Of a DNA stretch of 64,000 bases, positions 54,679-62,680 are shown in pieces. Numbering within the stretch: position 1 is the first letter of the stretch; every line of letters begins with the position of its first letter. The stretch lies in IMG/VR virus record IMGVR_UViG_3300044700_000691, positions 152,816-216,815 of that record; one strand, written 5' to 3'. Both the position numbers and the translations under genes were made by a program. The notes under the pieces were generated by a model. The model made no database searches. It saw nothing but the letters and a program-made list of their open reading frames with translations, and had not been told where the DNA came from.

Positions 54679-54915
54679 TTAATCGAGATGAAAATAGATC
54701 TCAGCCAGTGGATAGAGTTTTTCACTGGGGCTTTTAACTGTTAACTGCGGTCGATAAACTCTAGTGTTGGTTTTCCTATGAGTTTTTGCCATCCAAATAG
54801 TTACAAACTCTTTGACAGTGTCTTCTACCTCTTCACCTCTAGAATTTACCATAGTAAAACTTTTGCCGATATAGGTATCGTCAATGGTAATTGGTGATTT
54901 TAGTAGTATAGACAT
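54679..54915 (-). CDS. hypothetical protein
   Basis: 78-aa ORF. Confidence 0.6.
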   Translation of the reverse strand: MSILLKSPITIDDTYIGKSFTMVNSRGEEVEDTVKEFVTIWMAKTHRKTNTRVYRPQLTVKSPSEKLYPLAEIYFHLD

Positions 54916-55001
54916 AATAACAGTTGTTAATTTTAGTTATTTAACAACAAGTCCACTATAAGTTTTTAAAAATGTGAGATTTCTTTAAAAATAACATTAA
55001 A

Positions 55002-55235
55002 TTAATCTGGCAGGTCCAATGCAAGGGCTTGCATAAAATTTGGATTTGCCTTGATTTCGCTAATTGCAGCAACTAATTCATTTTTAGACATGCCGAAGAG
55101 GGAACATCGATCCTTAATACATTTTTCTTCTTTGGTACCATAATTTTCCCAGACATCATAAAAATATCCAAGCGCATGGTCCCAGCCGTATATGATAGTT
55201 TGTCCACTATCCAGTTTTTTGGTGTATCTGCTCAT
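55002..55235 (-). CDS. hypothetical protein
   Basis: 77-aa ORF, YGWDHALGYF. Confidence 0.65.
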   Translation of the reverse strand: MSRYTKKLDSGQTIIYGWDHALGYFYDVWENYGTKEEKCIKDRCSLFGMSKNELVAAISEIKANPNFMQALALDLPD

Positions 55236-55543
55236 TACCTCTTTGATTTAATTGCATTAAGAATAATATTAGTTATCCTATTCAAGCGCCATTCACTTTT
55301 TTGTTCTTTGATTGTTAAAGGCTCAGTATTATTATGAACATTTACTTGGCTATTGTATTGATACTTAAATGCATCAAAATATACTTGGTGCAAATGAGTT
55401 GGAATAGTACTAAAATCTGCAGTACACTCAATTGGTAAATGAGTCCCGCTGCCAGCAATCTTAATACTACTCTTAATAGTAACTTTACCTGAACCTTGCA
55501 TGGTCAAGTGACTTGAATCTGTATTAATTGTTAGCGTGCTCAT
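55235..55543 (-). CDS. hypothetical protein
   Basis: Start moved to MSTL; 1-nt overlap with the next gene. Confidence 0.6.
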   Translation of the reverse strand: MSTLTINTDSSHLTMQGSGKVTIKSSIKIAGSGTHLPIECTADFSTIPTHLHQVYFDAFKYQYNSQVNVHNNTEPLTIKEQKSEWRLNRITNIILNAIKSKR

Positions 55544-55811
55544 AATCTGATACTTTAAGACCCCATTGCATATCAACCCAGCTCATATTGATCTCAGCCT
55601 GCTTTTTGGTTGTATATCTATTGTTTTTACGTAAGTAGTCAACACCCCATTCCATCCATTGATTTCGCTGTTCCATTGTCATAGTCCAATCCCAAAACCA
55701 ATTGTCTTTGCGCTCAACGATATCTGCGTATTTAACTTCATGACCGGCTAGCTCAAACATTTTATCAATGAGAACCTGTGCTACTTCTTCTGGAGATTTC
55801 TTCTTTGCCAT
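55524..55811 (-). CDS. hypothetical Trp-rich protein
   Basis: 95-aa ORF, tightly packed. Confidence 0.7.
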   Translation of the reverse strand: MAKKKSPEEVAQVLIDKMFELAGHEVKYADIVERKDNWFWDWTMTMEQRNQWMEWGVDYLRKNNRYTTKKQAEINMSWVDMQWGLKVSDYEHANN

Positions 55812-55812
55812 A

Positions 55813-56076
55813 TTATAGAGCTTGAATTTGAGCTAGGGTTGCGGTTACTTCAGCTTCACATAAATAACCTAATACATCACTAGTAATTGGAGTATCATAG
55901 GTAATATCTCCGTCTTGTCCAAATACTGCCAATTCGTATAGCCCGTTTTTTCCACCATACGAATACGGGCTTTTAACTATACTTGCGCCAAATCCATTAC
56001 TAAATTTGATTTTGGCATGCACGCCACCCTCATGGTTTGGGTGATCTTTAAATTCTAAATCTTCAAATGTTTTCAT
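55813..56076 (-). CDS. conserved phage hypothetical protein
   Basis: FSNGFGASIV...YGGKNGLYELAV motif seen in many phages (recalled). Confidence 0.75.
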   Translation of the reverse strand: MKTFEDLEFKDHPNHEGGVHAKIKFSNGFGASIVKSPYSYGGKNGLYELAVFGQDGDITYDTPITSDVLGYLCEAEVTATLAQIQAL

Positions 56077-56079
56077 TTC

Positions 56080-56319
56080 TTAAAAATTAAAAGGTTCGCC
56101 ATTTACTGTAACTGCAACAATATCCTTGTAGTTAGATAGACTTTGAATATATTTCTTGGGACTCTTAATCTTATCGTAAACTAAGGTTTGTCCAGTGTTA
56201 AGTGTAATTGAAATTTCAGACCCACCTGGAGTCAAGCTTAAATTATTTGTTCTGAATTGATCAGATACCTTTACCGTTCTACTTACTTGCATATATCGTT
56301 TTAAATTTGCTGGATTCAT
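56080..56319 (-). CDS. hypothetical protein
   Basis: 79-aa ORF. Confidence 0.65.
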   Translation of the reverse strand: MNPANLKRYMQVSRTVKVSDQFRTNNLSLTPGGSEISITLNTGQTLVYDKIKSPKKYIQSLSNYKDIVAVTVNGEPFNF

Positions 56320-56325
56320 ATTAAA

Positions 56326-56655
56326 TTATTGGCCGCAACCACAGTCTGCATCCTCTGATAGAGGACCCTCGATTGGTGGTGCACTTGGTTTATAGAATGC
56401 TTGATTACGCTCCCACAACTGGTCATCTGTAATATCGAGTTGACCCTCTTCGTCGATAAATCTTAGAGTCCATCCACCATCGCCATACTTTTGGTTAAGC
56501 TCATCTATTCGGTCAGGCTTGTTATCAACTAAATCTCCTTTTGCAAAGAGATAACTTGAACAAATGTGAGAATAGAGAACTTCTCCTTCTTCGGTTACTA
56601 CTAAAAATTGGGCGTCTTCTACTTGTCTAACGCCAGGATAAATGTATAGATTCAT
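56326..56655 (-). CDS. hypothetical protein
   Basis: Start moved to MNLY, 4 nt after the stop of an upstream micro-ORF. Confidence 0.65.
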   Translation of the reverse strand: MNLYIYPGVRQVEDAQFLVVTEEGEVLYSHICSSYLFAKGDLVDNKPDRIDELNQKYGDGGWTLRFIDEEGQLDITDDQLWERNQAFYKPSAPPIEGPLSEDADCGCGQ

Positions 56656-56659
56656 ATAA

Positions 56660-56755
56660 TTAGCTTGAATATGCGATTCCCCAAATAATTCCACCTAACC
56701 AAAGAGCTATGATCAAATATATGATCGCATCCTTTCTATTAAATGTGTTTTTCAT
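56660..56755 (-). CDS. 31-aa single-TM micro-protein missed by track (MKNTFNRKDAIIYLIIALWLGGIIWGIAYSS)
   Basis: ATG 6 nt after TATAAT; hydrophobic helix; fills gap. Confidence 0.55.
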   Translation of the reverse strand: MKNTFNRKDAIIYLIIALWLGGIIWGIAYSS

Positions 56756-56780
56756 AATAATATTATACCCAATTATTTTG

Positions 56781-57908
56781 TTAATGGCTGTCACCAACTT
56801 CCCAGTTTTCTGCATATATTAAGTAGTCTGGATTAATTACCTTTGCAACTTTATGACGATCACCGGTGTGGTGTTTTACAACAACTCCTTCGTGTGGCAC
56901 TTTAGTTCCAGGGATAAAATTCTTAAAGACATACATATCTTCAATTTCTTTATTCCACTCTCCAACATATAACACATCAACATAAGGTAAATCCATTTCA
57001 ATTCCAACAAAATTAAAAGATTCATCAGTTGAACAGTATTTGCCATTGATTTCCAAGTCAAACCCTGCAAATTCAATTTCCTTTAGTCCATAATCATAGT
57101 TCTTTTGAATACCTGCTCCATAAATTTCGCCGTATAAAACTACGCCTATACCAATACCGTCTGGGAATCTTTCGGTGTCCTTGGCAAACTTCCATAAAAC
57201 TTCCTTAATGTTATATTTATCGGCAACATCATACCACACATTAGTATCATAGAAACCCTGAGAGTCAGAACCCTTTTCAACATTGTGTGAACCTGCTACA
57301 AATTCATAATCGACCCATTTAACACCAAATAATTTCTTTACTTTATCAAATAAGGAAAGTTTGTTTTTCTTTACAATACCGTATCTTGCATTAGTACCAT
57401 GGATCTTACGAGAAATCTCAACCCAATCTTCTTCGGTAAACATTCCTGGTACATTTTTTGCATTTGGAAATTTATAGTAGATATGAAAGTTTGGATTTTC
57501 GGAATACCTAATCTTTTTACCGCTAGCCAATTGAACCTGTTTAACTGGAGGTTCGTATTTCCAAATATCCATTGCATACATCATGTCCTTACCTTCATAG
57601 TAGTTTTCCATGAATGGAATATGCTTTAACGGAATCACTAGACATTCAGAATAAACACCACGTAATTTTACAGTACGGACCCTACCACCTTTTCTAAGAT
57701 AGTTTGTAACATTAAGTTCATCAGAAAGCTTAATTGGAATTACTGCATCGGTTGTTGCAGTAACTACCCAATCATCAACTTTATATTGACCTTTTTGCAC
57801 AATGCAGTTCCATCCACCAACTACAGCTAATTCAATTTTATCAGCACCTTCAATTGGTTTAATTTCCTTAACTGTTGCAACAAAGCACACTGAATTATTA
57901 TTTTCCAT
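56781..57908 (-). CDS. RNA ligase, DRB0094 family (N-terminal OB/tRNA-binding fold)
   Basis: IKPIEGADKIELAVVGGW; RKIHGTN (motif I), YGEIYG, FDL, HEGVVVK, KVINPDYL. Confidence 0.88.
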   Translation of the reverse strand: MENNNSVCFVATVKEIKPIEGADKIELAVVGGWNCIVQKGQYKVDDWVVTATTDAVIPIKLSDELNVTNYLRKGGRVRTVKLRGVYSECLVIPLKHIPFMENYYEGKDMMYAMDIWKYEPPVKQVQLASGKKIRYSENPNFHIYYKFPNAKNVPGMFTEEDWVEISRKIHGTNARYGIVKKNKLSLFDKVKKLFGVKWVDYEFVAGSHNVEKGSDSQGFYDTNVWYDVADKYNIKEVLWKFAKDTERFPDGIGIGVVLYGEIYGAGIQKNYDYGLKEIEFAGFDLEINGKYCSTDESFNFVGIEMDLPYVDVLYVGEWNKEIEDMYVFKNFIPGTKVPHEGVVVKHHTGDRHKVAKVINPDYLIYAENWEVGDSH

Positions 57909-58374
57909 TTTTGTGTTCGTTTATAAATTTTTTAAGATCTTCTTTTTTCTCATCATTGAATACATCTTCCATTTTAATTTCTTTTACTGGAAGTAGTTGT
58001 AATTCAAATCTATTTTTCATTTGTTCCAACTTATCATCGGGTACGCCATGTAAATTTTTACCGCCATGACGATTTTCAACTATTAGAGAAAATACTTGAT
58101 ATCCAAGTTCTTCAGCCAAATCAAAGTAGGCTGACATTTCCCAAGCTTGAGTAAAGGTATTTGATACTACAATAATAGGTTCGCCAGCTTTCATTTCTGC
58201 CATTACTGAATGACGACACCAAGCATGAGCTTCACTCAATTTAGTTGCATCAAAGTTATAATTAGAATCCTTATCTACAAAGAACATATCTGCTTCATAG
58301 TGCCTGCCGCCTAATTCTTTGGCTAGGGTTGATTTACCACTTCCTGGTAATCCTCTAAGTAAGTATAGTTTCAT
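57898..58374 (-). CDS. polynucleotide-kinase-like P-loop protein (AAA_33)
   Basis: LYLLRGLPGSGKST, EADMFF, VVSNTFTQAWEM..Y, HGVP. Confidence 0.85.
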   Translation of the reverse strand: MKLYLLRGLPGSGKSTLAKELGGRHYEADMFFVDKDSNYNFDATKLSEAHAWCRHSVMAEMKAGEPIIVVSNTFTQAWEMSAYFDLAEELGYQVFSLIVENRHGGKNLHGVPDDKLEQMKNRFELQLLPVKEIKMEDVFNDEKKEDLKKFINEHKNGK

Positions 58375-58379
58375 ATTTT

Positions 58380-58721
58380 TTAAAGTGTGTAATATTGTTG
58401 CAGGTCTTCTCGTATTTTAACTGTGCCGTCTGGTAAAAATCGAACCACTGCCTCATGTATTTTAGGAGAGTCTTCATTTTCAAATCTACCATCCATTTCA
58501 TATAGAACATAGATAGTTTGACCTTCAGCGACTGCCGCTTGAATAAGTGCATCTTTGCTAAGGGTAAGATCAATATCTCCCCACCAAAGTTTTCCAGCGT
58601 CAGTGCATACGTTTGCATTAAATATTGCAAAGTTGTTTGGGTTGCGATCTCGATAACCGCTCTTGCTTGCCGAAATCATTCGACCCGAAAAGCCTAGTGC
58701 TTCATTTAATAAATTTTCCAT
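58380..58721 (-). CDS. hypothetical protein
   Basis: 113-aa ORF with AGTATAAT upstream. Confidence 0.7.
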   Translation of the reverse strand: MENLLNEALGFSGRMISASKSGYRDRNPNNFAIFNANVCTDAGKLWWGDIDLTLSKDALIQAAVAEGQTIYVLYEMDGRFENEDSPKIHEAVVRFLPDGTVKIREDLQQYYTL

Positions 58722-58761
58722 CTTTATTGTGTATAGAGTTATTATACTAAAAAGAATTGAG

Positions 58762-59661
58762 TTAGAGCCTCTCTGTTCTTATTTTAGTCTAAAGATTCGC
58801 CGCAACTAGGGCAAAACTTCCAACTAGATTTTTTGATACGTGAGCCGCATCCGCCACAGTAGTTACGTATCTCAGCAACTTCTAATGGTTTTTTTGAAAG
58901 TGGTAGGAGTTTTATAATTAAAGTTTCGTTAACCCACCAATTATAAGATCCGTTTTCTTCAGAGAATTTTTGTTTTGAATTAGAACCCTTTTCAATTCTA
59001 CCTGTTTCAATTGATCCAGCTACTGGCATTGAAACATTGTTGAGAGTGGTTCCACCATAACTTAAATTACCTACTGCACTTGAGCTAGTATAACTTATAC
59101 CTGAGCCAAGCGAACCTGTACTGGTTCCTGTACAATAGATACTTGGAGTATTAGTAGTTATAGTTGTTCCAGCCCAATTATTTGAATTAATTGTCATTGA
59201 ATTACCATACCAGTAATTTCCTCTTAAGTTCAGCTCATAGAAAAATTCAACTTTAACTTGTCCATTTTTAGCAATAGCTTCTTTGGATTCTGTAGAGTCT
59301 TCAACTTCATATGTTTCAAACTTAAATTTTTTAGCAACATCAAGATAACGCTCAAGGTAAATTCTTTGGCCGGGTCTAATAACTAGACCAGCTTGAGAAA
59401 TCTCTTTACTGTTAATTGAAATTTTTGCTAGTACTTTGAACTGATGGGGATTAAAAATTTCCAGTTCAAATTGTTGTCCGTCATTTAGGTAGACAGAGTC
59501 TTCGTATTGTTTAATACGGTTTTTGTTGCTGGTGATATTCACCGAACAACGCTTTTGTTCTTGTAGTGTATACATTTTAGATTTATATTTTTGCTTACCT
59601 CTTTATGACCATGCGATCATTCAAGGGCTATTAACCCGAGGCGAACAAGGAGAGGCTCTAA
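58762..59661. repeat. inverted repeat pair flanking the zinc-ribbon gene (58762-58778 / 59643-59661)
   Basis: TTAGAGCCTCTC at 58762-58773 is the exact reverse complement of GAGAGGCTCTAA at 59650-59661; TGTTC/GAACA extends it after a 2-nt bulge. Confidence 0.8.
58784..59575 (-). CDS. conserved-looking protein: beta-rich N-domain, S/T/G/N linker, C-terminal zinc ribbon
   Basis: YCGGCG...FCPSCG; 263 aa. Confidence 0.8.
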   Translation of the reverse strand: MYTLQEQKRCSVNITSNKNRIKQYEDSVYLNDGQQFELEIFNPHQFKVLAKISINSKEISQAGLVIRPGQRIYLERYLDVAKKFKFETYEVEDSTESKEAIAKNGQVKVEFFYELNLRGNYWYGNSMTINSNNWAGTTITTNTPSIYCTGTSTGSLGSGISYTSSSAVGNLSYGGTTLNNVSMPVAGSIETGRIEKGSNSKQKFSEENGSYNWWVNETLIIKLLPLSKKPLEVAEIRNYCGGCGSRIKKSSWKFCPSCGESLD

Positions 59662-59681
59662 TCTCTCTTCTTCAATATTAT

Positions 59682-59921
59682 TTACTTCTTATTTTTAAAA
59701 AGTTTCACAGTTCGGATTAGCTGGGCACAGGTTTCTACAACTGCAAGACACAGCGAAACTCTAATAGCCCAATAAATTGACCAGTGTACATTTTCCAAGT
59801 GGTCTAGCGCAATAGTACATAGAGTTACTAGTGAGATTGGAAAAATAAAATTTACCACCACCATTACATAGAATATAAGGTTTAGGATTGAGTGCAGTTT
59901 TTCTTTAGAGTTTTCTTTCAT
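59682..59921 (-). CDS. two-TM membrane protein
   Basis: Two hydrophobic helices in 79 aa. Confidence 0.6.
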   Translation of the reverse strand: MKENSKEKLHSILNLIFYVMVVVNFIFPISLVTLCTIALDHLENVHWSIYWAIRVSLCLAVVETCAQLIRTVKLFKNKK

Positions 59922-60058
59922 TAAAATAGTATTTTGATTGTAATGACAATTATTGCAATAACTGCACCAGTAAATAATACGGCTGTCACTATTGATTCAT
60001 TGCCTTCAACTTGTTTTTTGCTACGACCTTGATATTCGTTCGGATCCCAGTTTTCCAT
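59921..60058 (-). CDS. 45-aa single-TM protein missed by track (MENWDPNEYQGRSKKQVEGNESIVTAVLF...)
   Basis: Fills gap; 1-nt overlap with the next start. Confidence 0.65.
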   Translation of the reverse strand: MENWDPNEYQGRSKKQVEGNESIVTAVLFTGAVIAIIVITIKILF

Positions 60059-60069
60059 GTTGCTTTATT

Positions 60070-60597
60070 TTATTTAACTATACGTCTAGCGTAATCGTTA
60101 ACCATTGGTCTACCTGTATTATAACAGCCAACCGCCAATGGCCAACTATCATATCTTTTATACAGATATGCCAAAAGTTTCATTGAAATTTGAACATTTA
60201 GTTCAAGGTTATTTAGTAATTGTTTCTTGGTTATCGGCTCATCCCAAATAAAATTTGCAGTTGGTACCTGTATCTGCATTGCACCATACGCTGCAGCAGA
60301 TGAAGTTAGCTTTGGATTGTATTTCCAATCAAATGGACCATGGTAACCTGTTTCTTCCCTTGCCACTCCCATTGCAATATGGAATGGAACATTATATTCA
60401 TCTGAATATTTCTCTAGATAATAATAAAGAGCTAAACTTGGCGGTGACTTCTCATTGATTGTTCCGCTGCTTAGCTCTTTAGTTGGTTCAGTATTAAATA
60501 GTCTCCAAAGAAAACCAAATGCTAATATTCCAGCCAATACAATGAGAGTTTTAAATGAATTTACTCCCATAATTTTAATTTTAGTGGCCAGTAGCAT
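60070..60597 (-). CDS. membrane-anchored lytic transglycosylase (SLT/GH23)
   Basis: N-terminal TM; VAREETG (catalytic Glu), AYGAMQI, AVGCYNTG. Confidence 0.85.
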   Translation of the reverse strand: MLLATKIKIMGVNSFKTLIVLAGILAFGFLWRLFNTEPTKELSSGTINEKSPPSLALYYYLEKYSDEYNVPFHIAMGVAREETGYHGPFDWKYNPKLTSSAAAYGAMQIQVPTANFIWDEPITKKQLLNNLELNVQISMKLLAYLYKRYDSWPLAVGCYNTGRPMVNDYARRIVK

Positions 60598-60910
60598 TTA
60601 CATATGCTTTTTGTGCATATATGTTAAAAATAACACGTCCGATTGAGTCTGAGTAAATTGTATAAACTCCAGTCTTTCTATCGATAATCAATAGCTCTTC
60701 CTTTTCATTTACTGCAATCGACGTACTTTTAAGAGATCTAGCTTCTCTCCAAGCTTCACCTTTAACTTTGTTTAAGGCTAATTCGTAATAATAACCAATA
60801 CAAAATCCTGCGATTAGTGCACTGGCTAAAACTGCAACTGTTCCAATTCTTTTAAGAAGGGCTGTTGCTTTTTCTGTTAGGTGTTGGGCGAAGTTTTTTT
60901 GATTTTCCAT
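60581..60910 (-). CDS. single-TM protein upstream of SLT
   Basis: Hydrophobic IGTVAVLASALIAGFCIGYYY. Confidence 0.65.
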   Translation of the reverse strand: MENQKNFAQHLTEKATALLKRIGTVAVLASALIAGFCIGYYYELALNKVKGEAWREARSLKSTSIAVNEKEELLIIDRKTGVYTIYSDSIGRVIFNIYAQKAYVNATGH

Positions 60911-61916
60911 TCTTTATTTGTTTAGGTGTATCTTTAGTCAATATACCTAGATTATAGTCAGTTTGGTCTTTGTACAATTCCCTAGCCTCAGCTAACAGAA
61001 CTGGATATGACTGGTCAATTCCTGGAAAATCTCTATCTAAATCTTCAAGAATTTTACCTAAAAGTTGAAGCCTAACGATTGCATAATTTAAGTTATGCTT
61101 TAGACCCCATATATGTAAAACATTATTAAATTTCTGTTTAACTGTATCAAGAGGTTCGGTGTGAATCCAACCTTCCATTTCTGGATCTAGGTGGGTCACA
61201 TTAATCTTTTTGCCAGGAATCCAGTCTGATTTAAGATAAGTTTCAATATTAATTCCTCGGGCTTCAGCTAAATTAGACAATAGGTATTGTTCTATAAAAA
61301 TCTGATCGCCTGCTCCAATAATAGGTTTCCACTTATCGCTATTTTCAACGATCATTTCTGCATGATACATCCACTCATGGATAAATTCGCTAGCTCCATT
61401 ACAATACAGCATTGCCGTGTTAACTGCTCTAGGCGACCATTTTTCAACTGGACTCTCTAACTCTGCAACTTTGTATAGGTCATCGCCATTTACATAACCA
61501 ACTTCTGGATATTTGTCAGCATCGGTTATTTCACCATGGAAAGTTAATATTTGTGCATCAATATTAAAAAAATCTCTAGATTTAATATAGAGATCGGTAT
61601 CGATCATGCAAAATTTATTAAAGTCTAGTGAAACGTGTTTTGCAATTAGCATTTTAGGATATGCCCAAAATCTATCATCACTTCGCATTAACACCTGTTC
61701 ATGGTGGATAGTATCAACAAACGAATAGGCATTGTGCAGACCATAGTGAAATAGCTGAGCCTCTCGTTCGGGACTAATATAGAGACCAATTGGGCCAAAG
61801 TTTTTTCTCCAATACAGAGCTGACGTTAATTGACATAGTAAATTAACTGATTTAAATATTCCTTCATCTACATCTCCTGAGTAGAATGCATGTACTCCTA
61901 ATATAGGTTCATTCAT
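60852..61916 (-). CDS. DUF6734-like / nucleotide-sugar transferase-like protein
   Basis: FWAYPKM...MIDTDLYI DxD motif, NTAML, FIEQYLL. Confidence 0.55.
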   Translation of the reverse strand: MNEPILGVHAFYSGDVDEGIFKSVNLLCQLTSALYWRKNFGPIGLYISPEREAQLFHYGLHNAYSFVDTIHHEQVLMRSDDRFWAYPKMLIAKHVSLDFNKFCMIDTDLYIKSRDFFNIDAQILTFHGEITDADKYPEVGYVNGDDLYKVAELESPVEKWSPRAVNTAMLYCNGASEFIHEWMYHAEMIVENSDKWKPIIGAGDQIFIEQYLLSNLAEARGINIETYLKSDWIPGKKINVTHLDPEMEGWIHTEPLDTVKQKFNNVLHIWGLKHNLNYAIVRLQLLGKILEDLDRDFPGIDQSYPVLLAEARELYKDQTDYNLGILTKDTPKQIKNGKSKKLRPTPNRKSNSPS

Positions 61917-61922
61917 AATTTA

Positions 61923-62195
61923 TTAAGCTAATAGCTCATTAATTTTTTCAATAATATCTGCTTGGGATTTTACGCCAACCGATTGGTGTACAGTTTCGCC
62001 TGCCTTTAAGTATACCAGGGCAGGAATTGATCTAATTCCATGTAGGGCTGCTGTATCTGGATCTTCATCCGCATTTACTTTAGTGATTTCAACTAAATCG
62101 TTTTCGTTAAACTGTTCAGCTACTTTTTCCATAACTGGACCAAATGTTCTACATGGTCCACACCATGGCGCTGAGAAATAAATTACATTAATCAT
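61923..62195 (-). CDS. trxA: thioredoxin
   Basis: FSAPWCGPC, IRSIPAL. Confidence 0.95.
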   Translation of the reverse strand: MINVIYFSAPWCGPCRTFGPVMEKVAEQFNENDLVEITKVNADEDPDTAALHGIRSIPALVYLKAGETVHQSVGVKSQADIIEKINELLA

Positions 62196-62208
62196 CGTTT
62201 TCTTTATT

Positions 62209-62496
62209 TTATTTTACTCTTAAAACCTGTTTGGATTTTTCTTCTATCCATTCAAACTTTCTATATTTAAAATCCTTCCACTCTTCAAAATCATCTAGCA
62301 TATCGATAACTTCGGTTGGAATCAGGACAAATCCGTCTGGCGTAGTGCCAGCAAATTTATAATAATTAGTGTCCTTTAATTTTTCTTTGACTAGTGGATT
62401 TTCAACCGGTTCATCATATAAACCAGCCTCTTGGTCTAATCGCATCATTTCAGCAAGGATTTTTCCTCGCTCTTCTTTAGTAAGCTCCTCTGACAT
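62209..62496 (-). CDS. hypothetical protein
   Basis: 95-aa ORF after tRNA-Leu. Confidence 0.65.
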   Translation of the reverse strand: MSEELTKEERGKILAEMMRLDQEAGLYDEPVENPLVKEKLKDTNYYKFAGTTPDGFVLIPTEVIDMLDDFEEWKDFKYRKFEWIEEKSKQVLRVK

Positions 62497-62513
62497 TTAG
62501 TTGAGGTTATTTT

Positions 62514-62602
62514 TGGTACCGACGGCCGGAATCGAACCGGCACGGGCATTACTGCCCAAGAGATTTTAAGTCTCTCATGTCTACCTGTTTCATCACGTCG
62601 GC
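62514..62602 (-). tRNA. tRNA-Leu(UAA)
   Basis: AGAGA-CT-TAA-AA-TCTCT anticodon arm, long variable arm, GGTTCGATTCC, encoded CCA. Confidence 0.95.
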
Positions 62603-62649
62603 ATAACTAAGTTATTATACTACGTTTGTTAACTGGGTTATCTTCCTTA

Positions 62650-62657
62650 GATAAATA
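62650..62657 (+). promoter_or_regulatory. late promoter-like GATAAATA
   Basis: 23 nt upstream of the GH19 gene start. Confidence 0.55.
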
Positions 62658-62680
62658 TTTATAGAAATAACTAATTATTA

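Noticed and set aside
54920-54995. AT-rich inverted repeats (TTGTTAA/TTAACAA; TTTTAAA) as operators or origin
   Set aside because: Short and almost all A/T; expected by chance in this composition
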